Shown here: one piece after another, positions 19,292 through 29,423 of the stretch
Numbering within the stretch: the first letter of the stretch is position 1
Layout of the letters: every line of letters starts with the position of its first letter
IMG/VR virus record: IMGVR_UViG_3300005298_000010
Span: 6,775-70,774 of that record
DNA: 64,000 nucleotides
Direction: 5' to 3' (one strand)
Source: a virus
Taxonomy: Duplodnaviria > Caudoviricetes
Program-made: the position numbers and the translations under genes
Notes under the pieces: model-generated
Databases searched by the model: none
The model's input: only the letters and a program-made list of their open reading frames with translations
What the model was told of the DNA's origin: nothing

Positions 19292-20380
19292 TCACATGCT
19301 GAGATTTTCAAAGGACGAAAAGAATCGACGCCATAACTCCGCGTCTGACGGGTTACTATAAAGACTAAAAAGCAGGTTGGTTAGGACTTCACGGTTTCCA
19401 TGAAGCTTTTGAAATTCCTTTTTAACCCATCCAACAAAGTCCACTCCATCAAAGGAGCTAAGCTCGACGCGGTCTTCAATGACGGTGGTTTTCTTGGGAA
19501 GAAACTTCCAATAGACCTGAGTTAGATTCTGGCTTGCTTCTCGTAGGGTCGTCAGCTCTTCGTACCCTGTTTCAATCACAATGATAGGAATGTCAACATC
19601 AGGGATACAAAATTGCCGAATAGCCTCAAGAGTGGTCTTGGATTTCTCTAGAACTTCCTCATAGATATTCTGCAGGTTTTCAGGAGAGGATTGATAACGG
19701 TAGATCGGTCTTTGTAAAAGCTTAAGGGGCTCGATGGTCAGATCTTCATGAAGGACCAAAACATGCTTGTCAATAAGACGAGAGGCCTCTGAGGCCGTAT
19801 GACAAAAAGGTCCTATCGAAACCAAACGACGCCCTTTATCTAAAGGTAGGATCTCAAAACGATGAAAATCGCCGGTTAATGTAAGGTGGACGCTATCTGG
19901 GATATCCGCCGATGATACACCCTCGGCCTCTGGAATAAAGTCCGTCCAAACCTGATGTGTCAACAGGACGGGCGTGTGAATCTCTTTTAGTTTCTGCCTT
20001 GCTTCAAGGGAAAAGTCCAGTCCTGAAATCGTAATAGGTCCTAGATCAACCTGTTGTTCATGAAGATGGACTAGCCACGGAAACACAACAAGCCATGGAG
20101 GTGTTCGGCTATCGTGTTGACCATTGACATAAAAGACCCGAACCCCCAACCGGTAAAGTGGTTCCAAGAAATGCCGTTGAAGGTTTTCAAGGCAATCGGC
20201 AGTGATTCTAGGGGTATCGAAGATATCCCCTGCGATTAAGACATTTTGAATGCCTTGTCTTTCGAGAATCTGCCGAAGCTGAATCGAAGAGAGAATGAAA
20301 TCATTATACGGTTTATGATTATACCAAAGTTTCAGACCGGGTTTAATATGAAAGTCTGAAACGACTGCCGCCAAAGGCAT
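19292..20380 (-). CDS. sbcD: SbcD/Mre11/gp47-like metallophosphoesterase nuclease
   Basis: SDFH, AGDIFD, NGQHD, LTHQ, GDFH motifs; adjacent to SbcC. Confidence 0.92.
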   Translation of the reverse strand: MPLAAVVSDFHIKPGLKLWYNHKPYNDFILSSIQLRQILERQGIQNVLIAGDIFDTPRITADCLENLQRHFLEPLYRLGVRVFYVNGQHDSRTPPWLVVFPWLVHLHEQQVDLGPITISGLDFSLEARQKLKEIHTPVLLTHQVWTDFIPEAEGVSSADIPDSVHLTLTGDFHRFEILPLDKGRRLVSIGPFCHTASEASRLIDKHVLVLHEDLTIEPLKLLQRPIYRYQSSPENLQNIYEEVLEKSKTTLEAIRQFCIPDVDIPIIVIETGYEELTTLREASQNLTQVYWKFLPKKTTVIEDRVELSSFDGVDFVGWVKKEFQKLHGNREVLTNLLFSLYSNPSDAELWRRFFSSFENLSM

Positions 20381-20398
20381 TGGTGTCCTCGGCTAAGG

Positions 20399-20854
20399 TT
20401 AAGAGTTTCTCTGATTTTGCTGTTTTTCCTCTTCCTTTTCTTGTAAATAAAACCACACCGCCCTTCCTACATCAAACACAATCACATGTATGCCGGAGGT
20501 ATTGATCTCTGACAGTTCCTCTCCGCTGTCCACACGAAAAGCCTTCGCTCCTATACCTTCCCCATAACCATTTGTGGCATAAACATGGAGAAATTCTAGG
20601 TCGAAAAGAGAAAAGATAAGGCTTGCTTGCTTACCTTCCTTAATTTCGTTCCACCAAGCTAGAACAAGATCGCGGGCCTTTGCTAAACCCAGTTCAATTC
20701 CTTCTAGAGGAAAAGCCCAGATATAATCTTTTAGGACAGCCGTGAACGTATCCTTAAAATCCTGAGGGTAGTCCACCAAGCGAAACAAGGTCGTTATTTC
20801 CATGTCTTGGACCTCGGACTGTCGCAAGAAATGGCAAGCACTCATACGGCACAT
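20399..20854 (-). CDS. Hypothetical protein
   Basis: Likely start MEITT at 20803 after GAGG; acidic/polar tail. Confidence 0.6.
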   Translation of the reverse strand: MCRMSACHFLRQSEVQDMEITTLFRLVDYPQDFKDTFTAVLKDYIWAFPLEGIELGLAKARDLVLAWWNEIKEGKQASLIFSLFDLEFLHVYATNGYGEGIGAKAFRVDSGEELSEINTSGIHVIVFDVGRAVWFYLQEKEEEKQQNQRNS

Positions 20855-21149
20855 AAAACAGCAATTCCCACGTTATAAGATAGCCATCCATCGCAAGAAA
20901 TCATCTTTATTTTACGGTCTCGTCAGACAAGAAGAAGACAGAAAAGTGAAAATTATCATCGATAAAGACCTTCCATTCGATCTGGCGGTCTACACCCTCG
21001 CGGAGGAAGTTGCCCATCTAAAAAGAGGAATCAAAAAAACCTTCGAAAAGAATCACGATGACAGATGGGGGCAACTTTATGCGTTTTATCTAAGAGAGTT
21101 TACCAACTTTCTGAAGTTATACGAAGATCAAAAACACCGACATAGCTAA
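20802..21149 (+). CDS. Small SprT/M48-like metalloprotease-fold protein with EEVAH in place of HExxH
   Basis: YTLAEEVAH followed by NHDDRWGQLY resembles HE.xH...H...F/W zincins. Confidence 0.5.
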   Translation: MSWTSDCRKKWQALIRHIKQQFPRYKIAIHRKKSSLFYGLVRQEEDRKVKIIIDKDLPFDLAVYTLAEEVAHLKRGIKKTFEKNHDDRWGQLYAFYLREFTNFLKLYEDQKHRHS

Positions 21150-21171
21150 AAGAAAAAGCCATCCGTGGCTT
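21146..21171 (-). terminator. Putative intrinsic terminator
   Basis: aagcc-atccgt-ggctt hairpin followed on the minus strand by TTTCTTTT, just downstream of 21204..21554. Confidence 0.5.
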
Positions 21172-21203
21172 GAAATAGAACGGTCTGGGGAGCGCACCTA
21201 CGC

Positions 21204-21554
21204 TTAGGTTTCGATTATCTTGTCAATAACCTCCCGGAGGATGTCGTCTAGTCGACGAAGCACCTCCGGGTCTTTATACTTTTGCTTTAGTGACTTTATT
21301 TGCGCGATTAGCCTCAGCGGCCGCGTAGTTGCCTTCGCAACCGCTGATTCAATTTTCTCTAAATCGCGCCTTACCAATTCCTTCTCATTTAGTCCTCCCT
21401 CGACCTGGAGGACGATTTTCGGGACCCCAGAGAGCTGTTCATCAAACAGCTCTTTGTCCTCTTCTCGGAAAACAAGAAGAGGCCCGAAGGCCCAGCTTTT
21501 AAGCCGAAGCACCTTCGGCAGCCGACGCTTAGTCAGTAAATAGTAGGCTTTCAT
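21204..21554 (-). CDS. Hypothetical protein
   Basis: 116 aa with AAGGAGG RBS. Confidence 0.7.
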   Translation of the reverse strand: MKAYYLLTKRRLPKVLRLKSWAFGPLLVFREEDKELFDEQLSGVPKIVLQVEGGLNEKELVRRDLEKIESAVAKATTRPLRLIAQIKSLKQKYKDPEVLRRLDDILREVIDKIIET

Positions 21555-21661
21555 GTCGTGGCCTCCTTATCATTCGTAACCGACTCTGCCAACACCTTGA
21601 ACAAAACCGCCATACAGCTTACCAAGATCGTCATGAGCAATTTACCCCAATAATTGTTCAT
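21551..21661 (-). CDS. Small 36-aa membrane peptide, absent from the ORF track
   Basis: MNNYWGKLLMTILVSCMAVLFKVLAESVTNDKEATT; AAGGAGG RBS; its TGA overlaps the next ATG (ATGA). Confidence 0.7.
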   Translation of the reverse strand: MNNYWGKLLMTILVSCMAVLFKVLAESVTNDKEATT

Positions 21662-21735
21662 CGTCAATCCTCCTTTCTTAAGAAAGACCCTAATTACTCA
21701 ACAACCCAACGCTCCCCAGACCGCAAATCGTCCCT

Positions 21736-23388
21736 ATGATTACTACTGGAAAGGAGATATTTATGGCTACTAAGATTCTAAACGTGCTGCCCCAGCTTTT
21801 TCATATCCGCAATGATACCCCTTTTGTTCCTTATCGGCCGTTCCAGGAGCTTTTTGTTGATTATCACAAGAACCCGTTTGTGATAATCAAAAGTGGACGG
21901 CAAGTCTCCAAAACGACCTCAGCCATTATCCATACCCTCTGTCATGCATTGCGTTACCCCCACTTCTATACCTTAATCATCACTCCCCTTGAGATCCAAG
22001 CCCGTCGTTTGACGACGGACTTTCTACTGCCAATCATCAAGGCTTCACCGATCTTTAAGGTCTGCCGTTATACCAATTCCGCCTTCAAAGTGCGTTTGTA
22101 TAATGGCTCAACCATTGAAGCCTCATACTCCTCAACCTCCAAAGAGGCAGAAGATACCAAACGCATTCGCGGTATCTCTGCCGATAAGTTACACTTAGAT
22201 GAAGTCCAAGACATTCCTTACAACGCTATTCCAGCAATCCGTGAGTGTCTCTCGGCCTCAAAATACCAATACCTCCTTTTTACTGGAACACCGAGGACAC
22301 TCAACAACACCCTTCAATACCTATGGGAACGTTCCACGGCAAACGAGTGGTGCATTCCCTGTAGGCATTGCGGGCATAATAATATTTGCTGTGTTGAAGA
22401 GGATCTGCTGAGAATTATCGGACCCTATCGTGATGACATTTGTGAAGAGCGGCCAGCCACATGCTGTAGCCGCTGTGGTGGGATCATTTATCCACAAGAG
22501 GGATTCTGGTTACCGAAACACCCCACAAATTCGTGGGTCGGTTACCACATCCCTCAGGTGATCATTCCTACCCATTATGCCAACCCCAAAAATTGGAAGG
22601 TTTTGCTGGATAAACAAAACCTCCAAGGCTATACGTTGGCCGACTTTTACCGAGAAGTTCTTGGCGAAGCTTATGACGTCGCCACAAGACTTGTGTCTGT
22701 GACGACGTTGCGTAAGGCTGCTACTTTGGGTCCGAGGGATAAAGACTTCAAGGAATTGTTACACAAATGGATACCTCGTTATAGGATGACAGCTTTAGGA
22801 ATAGACTGGGGCGGAGGCGGTGAAGAAGGCAATTATACCACCATCGCTCTCTGTGGCATCACCTACGATGGGATCATTGAGGTGCCTTGGGCTTATGAGT
22901 CCCCGACACCTCACGACCACATCGGTGAAGCCCGTCTAATCCTACACCTGTTGACCGAGCTGAAACCCAACCTCATTGCCCACGACTACTCGGGGGCAGG
23001 AGCACTCCGCGAAACGATCCTCATTCAAAGCGGAGTGCCTATTGATTGTATCTGTCCTGTTCGCTATGTGGGCAATCAAGGTGTGGCCCTGCGAATCGTG
23101 CCCGCCACACCTGACCACCCCCGTACGTTGATTCAAGTCGATAAGAACAAATGTCTGCTCTATGTGATCGGAGCATTAGCCCAGCAGAAATTGTACCTAT
23201 TTGATGACTTTGATGCTCCGAAATCACTAATCAAACAATTCCTATCGTTAATTGACGAAAAACACAGTTATCCTGAAAAGTACAGGATTATCCCGGAGCC
23301 AGGAGCACGGGATGAGTTTCCTCAAGCCGTGCTCCTGGGCTCCGTCGTCCTATGGCATATCGTTGGTTTCCCAACGTTTCTGCCGTAG
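21736..23388 (+). CDS. terL: Terminase large subunit (lambda GpA-like)
   Basis: KSGRQVSKTT Walker A, LHLDEVQD Walker B, TGTP coupling motif, CRHC...CSRC Zn ribbon, nuclease ALGIDWG. Confidence 0.88.
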   Translation: MITTGKEIFMATKILNVLPQLFHIRNDTPFVPYRPFQELFVDYHKNPFVIIKSGRQVSKTTSAIIHTLCHALRYPHFYTLIITPLEIQARRLTTDFLLPIIKASPIFKVCRYTNSAFKVRLYNGSTIEASYSSTSKEAEDTKRIRGISADKLHLDEVQDIPYNAIPAIRECLSASKYQYLLFTGTPRTLNNTLQYLWERSTANEWCIPCRHCGHNNICCVEEDLLRIIGPYRDDICEERPATCCSRCGGIIYPQEGFWLPKHPTNSWVGYHIPQVIIPTHYANPKNWKVLLDKQNLQGYTLADFYREVLGEAYDVATRLVSVTTLRKAATLGPRDKDFKELLHKWIPRYRMTALGIDWGGGGEEGNYTTIALCGITYDGIIEVPWAYESPTPHDHIGEARLILHLLTELKPNLIAHDYSGAGALRETILIQSGVPIDCICPVRYVGNQGVALRIVPATPDHPRTLIQVDKNKCLLYVIGALAQQKLYLFDDFDAPKSLIKQFLSLIDEKHSYPEKYRIIPEPGARDEFPQAVLLGSVVLWHIVGFPTFLP

Positions 23389-23399
23389 GAAGTTAGAAT

Positions 23400-23876
23400 C
23401 TATGTGTCTAGAAATTCCATGGACTTTCTTAACAACTCCTCCTGAAGCCGTTTTAAATCCTCCAGCACCGACAGGTCCAACATTGAAAACATCTTACACA
23501 TGTTGGACCTTGCTTCGGCATTTTGCGTCCCCCGGCAGAGCTCTTGAATCGCAGGCTTTAGAGCCCTCAAGAGGGACGCCAGTACAGAGATCTTGACTGT
23601 TAATGACGTGCTCGTCGTGTTGTCATAGACGGAGCACGTGTTCCCTATGACAACCGGAACAATCGTCCCATAGCCTGATAGAGCCAGGAGAACGTGTATC
23701 TCGTCCCCTCCATTGGGATCGATGATACACAGGTCCCCCGGCTCCAGCGACAGGTCCTGAAACACCAGGACCGTGTCGCTGAAAACTCGAATGATTTGGG
23801 ACGGCTCTGTCCGTCCTAGCTTTTGTAGGATGTCCTTAACTTCTTTATCGTGAAGATAATTTGTTATTATCTTCAT
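23400..23876 (-). CDS. Hypothetical protein
   Basis: 158 aa with AGGAGG RBS. Confidence 0.65.
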   Translation of the reverse strand: MKIITNYLHDKEVKDILQKLGRTEPSQIIRVFSDTVLVFQDLSLEPGDLCIIDPNGGDEIHVLLALSGYGTIVPVVIGNTCSVYDNTTSTSLTVKISVLASLLRALKPAIQELCRGTQNAEARSNMCKMFSMLDLSVLEDLKRLQEELLRKSMEFLDT

Positions 23877-24225
23877 TTTGAACCTCCTGATAAAGTCCGT
23901 GGTCTTCTACTACGTACCTTAACGCGAGCTTTTTATTCAAACTCGCCACAAACAACCTATTCGCCTTACACTTGAAGAGAAATTCTTCCCGGAAGTTACT
24001 ATTTCCCGGGAAGAAATGGACGCCTACGTATTCTCGCACACCATCGGTTGCAACCACGAGGCGTGCGGGACAATATGAGACTACCTCCACGGGCTCATAG
24101 TACGAGAGACGTCCAAGAATCTCTTCGTACTTAGCCTTGAACATCACTACAGTGAAAAGTTTCTTAACCAAATTACCTGCGCAATCCGTGCGCAGGTATC
24201 CTGGTTCAACAATAGGCAACTTCAT
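23845..24225 (-). CDS. Hypothetical protein
   Basis: 126 aa with AAGGAG RBS. Confidence 0.65.
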   Translation of the reverse strand: MKLPIVEPGYLRTDCAGNLVKKLFTVVMFKAKYEEILGRLSYYEPVEVVSYCPARLVVATDGVREYVGVHFFPGNSNFREEFLFKCKANRLFVASLNKKLALRYVVEDHGLYQEVQNEDNNKLSSR

Positions 24226-24227
24226 GG

Positions 24228-25442
24228 TTATTTCTCCTTAATAAACCTTGCCACTCGGATATACTCCGGAACGGCGACATCCCCACTGTCCCGAATCAGC
24301 CAACAGTAAAGCCTGCTGTGCTTTGGCGGCTTCGGCCAGGATGTTTCGCCGTCCGTGACCATTATTATGTGCCTAAATCGCTCGGAGGCATCTAAACGGT
24401 CCACAATTGGACCAAGATCGGTGCCTCCACCGACGGGTACTTCCTTGACCCGCTCGGGATAGAAGTTTCTCTCCTCCGTGATAATTTCCACATCGCAGTA
24501 GTAAACAACCAGAGCGCCCGGGAAGGCCTCAGCTAAGCCATAAAGGGCTCTAGCTAAGTCTTCCAGAAACGGCTGAACGCTCTGGGAGACGTCAAATACT
24601 ACTGCGATGGGCTCTTGGTTAGTACGCAGGTGGGCCGGTATAACAATACTGGAGCTATACCGGCGGTTAGGCCTCGCAAAAGATTGGCGTCGGAACTCAC
24701 TCTGTGCACCGAGCTGTGCGTTTACAAACTGCAGCAGCTCGTCAAATGGATTCCGGAGAGGGCTTCCCACTTCCATGGCTCGGCGGACATCAGCCAGGCC
24801 CGACAGCCCTGCCCGCTGAGCCGTCTGAAGGGCCTGCTCGACTGCTTCTCGCAACGCAGCCTCGGTAACAAGCCCTCGGTCGAGCTCAATTCCATCGACC
24901 TCGATAGATTCTTCGGAGGTGTCACCCTCCCCTTCTTCACCCTCTCCGAATAGATCTACGGCCACTTCGTGGCCTTCTTCCAGTTGCTCCATATGCTCAC
25001 GGAGGAGCTTGTAATAGGCCTCCACGGACAGGTCAGGAGGAAATCCGAAACTGGCCGCGGAAGCGAAATTTTTCGGAACTTGTATGAAATGCTCAAGCAC
25101 CTCCGTGCGTGCAATCTCCGACGCTAAGTTCCATAACGCCCTATCATTATGGGATGCAAGTAATTGCCCAGCACGGTCCCGGTGCTTGAGAATGTAAGCC
25201 AAAACCGCATGGGCTACGTAAATGGGTTTTAAATCATCATCAATGTGCTTATTGATGATGATTTTGTTGTGATGTGTGATAATTAAAGGCTGGGATGCAT
25301 TTGCTTGGGTATCGTCCTCACCCCTTTCCTCTATCGGAATCAGGAAAATGAACCTGCCGCCGAATTTCAGAATGTCAAACACCTGTTTCCGCAATCCGAT
25401 CATGGTTATCCTCCTTTCAAAAAGGAAAGTCAAAGAACCCAC
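24228..25442 (-). CDS. DUF2201-like metallopeptidase-fold + VWA domain protein
   Basis: RRQSFARPNRR, VFDVSQS (MIDAS), GGGTD, MVTDG; likely start MIGLRK after AAGGAGG; paired with the AAA ATPase. Confidence 0.82.
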   Translation of the reverse strand: MGSLTFLFERRITMIGLRKQVFDILKFGGRFIFLIPIEERGEDDTQANASQPLIITHHNKIIINKHIDDDLKPIYVAHAVLAYILKHRDRAGQLLASHNDRALWNLASEIARTEVLEHFIQVPKNFASAASFGFPPDLSVEAYYKLLREHMEQLEEGHEVAVDLFGEGEEGEGDTSEESIEVDGIELDRGLVTEAALREAVEQALQTAQRAGLSGLADVRRAMEVGSPLRNPFDELLQFVNAQLGAQSEFRRQSFARPNRRYSSSIVIPAHLRTNQEPIAVVFDVSQSVQPFLEDLARALYGLAEAFPGALVVYYCDVEIITEERNFYPERVKEVPVGGGTDLGPIVDRLDASERFRHIIMVTDGETSWPKPPKHSRLYCWLIRDSGDVAVPEYIRVARFIKEK

Positions 25443-25469
25443 CCACCCACCACTTTTACCTAGATACCT

Positions 25470-26534
25470 CTATGTCACCTGTTGGAGAAGCTGGAAGACT
25501 TCCGGAGGAAATAGACCCCGGTGCTTCGATCTCGCGGCGGTCTTGAGAAGGCACAGGATGTATTCCTGATACCTTCCCTCCTTGAGATAATCATTCAAAT
25601 AATCGACCGCCCGTTTCCAAATATCCTTTCCGACCTCCTCCGGGAGAGTCTCGATATAGCTGAAGACCTCGTTGAACAACACAAATACCAACGAGCCCTC
25701 TCTCCGGCGGTCGTTAAACGGGTACCTCAAGCCCTCGTTGAGGTACTCCTCGATGAATTCCTCCACTCGCGGCAATTCCATCGAGCGGAGGAACGACGAC
25801 AACTCAGCACTGAAGGCCTGTCCGCAGCAGGCCGTGCTGACGTACAGCAAGTCGGACAGGCTCTTCCGTCCCAGAGCCGCCATTGCTGCCCATCCGCGGA
25901 TGGTATAATCACATCCGCGAAGGGTCGCATATGCGAACTGCTCGTCCTGAGCAGGCTCCAAGAGCACGCTAGGACGGCTCTGGAGAAATATCCACATTAA
26001 ATTCCTTGCCCACCCAATATTTTCCTCCCAATTGGGCGGTAGCTTAATGAAGTTATTACTGAACGCACCCTCCGAGAGGTACTTCAAGTACCCCTGGATG
26101 TTTGGCGTCATCGGGACCCACGCCATTCTTGTCCTCAACATGCGGCTCATAGCATGGGTCCCCAAATCCTCCTGATTGCACGTTCCCACAATATACGTGC
26201 TGTTTGGGATCGCGAAGATCCCTCTTTCGCGATCCACCAATTGGCACAGGAGTGCCTGCACCTTGTCGGGAGGCACCCTGTTCACCTCATCCAGTAATAA
26301 CATCGTGTTTGGCTCTCTCAACCGGCTGATAAACTCCGGCTCGGCAAATTTCATCTTCCCCCCCTCGATATACGGATACCCGATAAAATCTACGGGTTCC
26401 ACCCCGAGGAGAGGCAATTTGATCAGCCGGAGATTTAAGAATTCCGCAAGCGCCCCAATGGTCGCAGTCTTGCCGATACCGTTGGGGCCTACAAGAACGA
26501 CCGGGATACCTGACTGTACTAACACCTCAAACAT
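25470..26534 (-). CDS. MoxR-like AAA+ ATPase
   Basis: GPNGIGKT, DFIGYP, LLLDEVNR, VGTCN, LRTRM. Confidence 0.88.
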   Translation of the reverse strand: MFEVLVQSGIPVVLVGPNGIGKTATIGALAEFLNLRLIKLPLLGVEPVDFIGYPYIEGGKMKFAEPEFISRLREPNTMLLLDEVNRVPPDKVQALLCQLVDRERGIFAIPNSTYIVGTCNQEDLGTHAMSRMLRTRMAWVPMTPNIQGYLKYLSEGAFSNNFIKLPPNWEENIGWARNLMWIFLQSRPSVLLEPAQDEQFAYATLRGCDYTIRGWAAMAALGRKSLSDLLYVSTACCGQAFSAELSSFLRSMELPRVEEFIEEYLNEGLRYPFNDRRREGSLVFVLFNEVFSYIETLPEEVGKDIWKRAVDYLNDYLKEGRYQEYILCLLKTAARSKHRGLFPPEVFQLLQQVT

Positions 26535-27585
26535 GTCTTTTCTCCTTTAATTGAATCACCTCTATGTCACATCGACAGTTTTTCAACTCCGTCGCGTAAA
26601 GAACTCTGCCATATGGGAGTCGTTGCACTTCGTGTGACGTTATTTTTACGAGACGGAGCTGAAAATCCCGTAAGTCCACACAGATTACCAATAACTCTTC
26701 TTCATCCGTGAGATCAAGCGGGGCCAACCGAGCCCGCCCGACACAGCCTACGGTCCTATAAAGGAACCGCAGTTCCTCAGCTTGCATTATGACCACGACG
26801 CAGTCATGAAGGAGCCGATTAAAGTCGGCATCGGGTATCTGCCCCCTTAAACATTCAGCTCCAAAGACATAAGGTAAGGGAAGGTTTAGCAGCGAGGGCA
26901 GAACCTTTATCGCAAAATACGGTACATACGGCTCTTCAGGACTCAAACGCGTTACTCCCGCGTACAAATAGACAAGTCCCAAAGAACCGCGGACCGTAAA
27001 TGGAACGATTGTCCCGGATACATGGAGATAGTAACAATCTCCATAATCGGGATAAAAAATAAACATCCTGTTTAGATGCTGGATATCCTCCATGACAATG
27101 GCTGCCCGCGTCCAGAACGGGACGAAATCTTTAAGTGTTGGAACTGGAGAATCCCAGTACCAATATTTGATTTGGCCTTCTTTGTCCCGTTCGACGACAC
27201 ATAATTCACAGTAGCGGTCCCATATCAGGTACGTTCGGGAACCCAGTACTACTGCTCTTGCTAAATGGAAGTTGGTTTCTTTTTTCGCGAGCTCCACTAA
27301 CGAACTTAGATATCCGTGATATTTATCCGCCTCCTGAGGAGGCGGTCTCATAAGTTCGAGCAAGACACGATCGAGTCGCTCGAACTTACCCTCCTGGTTC
27401 AGGATACCAGGTCGAAGTAGCCTAAGGTCGGTGACCCCTAGGCTGAATGCCAACCTCATATCCTTATCCGTAATGAGGATCTTCTCCGTCTTAGTAGGGT
27501 CATCCATGCGAATAAAATAGACGGCGGCTTCTGAACCGAACACCCAATAGCCGTCGATAACACTATACAGCCTCTCCATTCTCAT
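26527..27585 (-). CDS. Hypothetical beta-rich protein
   Basis: 352 aa, aromatic and beta-strand rich; weak resemblance to the 59-62.5 kb family. Confidence 0.65.
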   Translation of the reverse strand: MRMERLYSVIDGYWVFGSEAAVYFIRMDDPTKTEKILITDKDMRLAFSLGVTDLRLLRPGILNQEGKFERLDRVLLELMRPPPQEADKYHGYLSSLVELAKKETNFHLARAVVLGSRTYLIWDRYCELCVVERDKEGQIKYWYWDSPVPTLKDFVPFWTRAAIVMEDIQHLNRMFIFYPDYGDCYYLHVSGTIVPFTVRGSLGLVYLYAGVTRLSPEEPYVPYFAIKVLPSLLNLPLPYVFGAECLRGQIPDADFNRLLHDCVVVIMQAEELRFLYRTVGCVGRARLAPLDLTDEEELLVICVDLRDFQLRLVKITSHEVQRLPYGRVLYATELKNCRCDIEVIQLKEKRHV

Positions 27586-28630
27586 CCTGTACCTCCCTTA
27601 TTCCGAATTCGAAGACCCTTGCATATGCCTCGGCTGATCTGAACCAGACAAGCTCGTGTTTAGCAAGCTTATGGTACCGCTGTCGAGGTGGATCAAATAG
27701 ACTGTCCACCTCCTCACTAACTACCTGACGAAACGTTCTCCGAGTAATGTCGAGGAACACCAGCTGAATCCGCGTTGCGAAATCGGCAACGCTACGTCCG
27801 GCCATTACCGCCTGGAAACTACCCCAGGCGGAATAACCGCTATGGTTACGAATGTAGTAGTTATACGCATCCGTGACTTCCCCATGATGAATCAGCGTGA
27901 TGACAACTCGTGGGGATAGTGCCCTCATAGAAGCTCGGTAAGAAACTGCTTTGTTGGCCTGCATACAGTGACTTGTAAAAGGGATCCAATCTACGGTAAG
28001 TGAGCCTTCGCGAGCGTGGACGATAATCAAACCGATAAACTCCACACCCGAAAAAATGGGCATCACCTCGTAGTTTAACAACATCGGCTTTTCGACTCCC
28101 GCTGCAAATAGCCATTCACTGCGATCCCACAGATAGATCGCTGTGGGATTGTACCAGCACAGGTAAGGACCTTGCAGCGGAAAGTCGTAAGCAAATAAAT
28201 CCAGCCGCGGGCTTTGGTCATTAACGACATAGTCCTGGGGGATGAGATTCTCAAAGCAGTAGACCCGCCCGCTGAACGAATTTGCCAGCGTCAAGAGGTA
28301 AAAACAATGGTCTTTAGTGGTTCGGACACCGACAAAACCATCTGGTAGCTCCCACCAGATGGCTCCAGAAAGGAGAGAGCTATTGATGTCTTTGCTCCCC
28401 TTATCGATCCACACCTCTGGCGGTAAGGGACGGATGAGACATCCAATCGAATCCGTCCCTTTTTTACCAAAGGTGTTGCAATTGTACTGCAAGCTACCGT
28501 CATTCAAATCTAAACAATTGACGGTATATTCTCGAATGAACGGTTGCTGCCATACAAGTTTCCTGTTGACGAGACAGCAAAATTTAACTGTGGACATTTT
28601 TACCTTCATCTCCGTGTCCTCCTTTATCAA
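27563..28630 (-). CDS. Hypothetical beta-rich protein
   Basis: 355 aa; likely start MKVK after AAAGGAGG. Confidence 0.65.
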   Translation of the reverse strand: MIKEDTEMKVKMSTVKFCCLVNRKLVWQQPFIREYTVNCLDLNDGSLQYNCNTFGKKGTDSIGCLIRPLPPEVWIDKGSKDINSSLLSGAIWWELPDGFVGVRTTKDHCFYLLTLANSFSGRVYCFENLIPQDYVVNDQSPRLDLFAYDFPLQGPYLCWYNPTAIYLWDRSEWLFAAGVEKPMLLNYEVMPIFSGVEFIGLIIVHAREGSLTVDWIPFTSHCMQANKAVSYRASMRALSPRVVITLIHHGEVTDAYNYYIRNHSGYSAWGSFQAVMAGRSVADFATRIQLVFLDITRRTFRQVVSEEVDSLFDPPRQRYHKLAKHELVWFRSAEAYARVFEFGIREVQDENGEAV

Positions 28631-28697
28631 AGGGGCCTACTTTGTGCCTTCTACCATAGCTAAAAAAGATTGGTCTAAGGCCTTTCTTACTCCATGT

Positions 28698-28726
28698 ATT
28701 AATGCGTGATCCACTACCCTTTTTCA
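28698..28726 (-). promoter_or_regulatory. Putative phage promoter TGAAA-N16-GCATTAA
   Basis: Minus strand TGAAAAAG-ggtagtggatcac-GCATTAAT, upstream of the leftward operon starting near 28630. Confidence 0.65.
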
Positions 28727-28729
28727 GGG

Positions 28730-29400
28730 CACAAAGCGGCTTCCCTTGGGATAACCGACAAGGATGTCCTTAGGAAATGCTTTTAGGAAAGGTAAGGATT
28801 TAAGAGCTACTATTAGCTCTAGCTATCTCAGATACCTATCACAGCATAAGGATAGGTATTAAGACAGCTATAACAAACATCACCAAGAAGGTTAACAACC
28901 TTCTGCCAAAAGGGGGGTATTGATCGGCTTTTTGGTGATGTTTGTAAGCATACCTAAGCTCCTTGTGATTATCCTGCGAAAATTAGGAGGTTGGTCTTAG
29001 GCTTGGTTTGGTTTTACGACCTTAGCGGATCTTATGACACGGGATTTTTAGGATGAAGAGTTATCCCAAATGGACCAGGACGTAGCCGCTTTGTGGTGGA
29101 TCAACTACCACCCCGTTGCCTGGAAAACCTATCTCAACCCGGAAAAGGAAGAGCTGAGATAGGAACCCCGATTTCGACCCACTAGAGGTCAACCTCCATC
29201 CAAGGGAACCGAGGGTTACGTCCTCCATGAGTAACTCCTCTAACCGGTTTACCTTAGCCTAAGCACGGTAAAGGAAACCGGAAAAGGACCGCTTCCCAAC
29301 CTCCACGGTGGATGGATTGAGTTATTTTAGGAAGCTAGTTATCTAAGGGTAAGAAAGGGTCGCATGGTCCCTCATGGGCTGAAGAACCATGCGACCCCAG
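28730..29400. other. ORF-free, hairpin-dense non-coding tract (structured RNA or origin candidate)
   Basis: No track ORF; at least six inverted repeats of 7-14 bp, e.g. 28873-28886/28932-28945. Confidence 0.6.
29350..29397 (-). terminator. Intrinsic terminator of 29424..30425
   Basis: 12-bp stem gggtcgcatggt/accatgcgaccc, then TTTCTT on the minus strand. Confidence 0.7.
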
Positions 29401-29423
29401 TATAACAGATAGGCAAAGGGATG

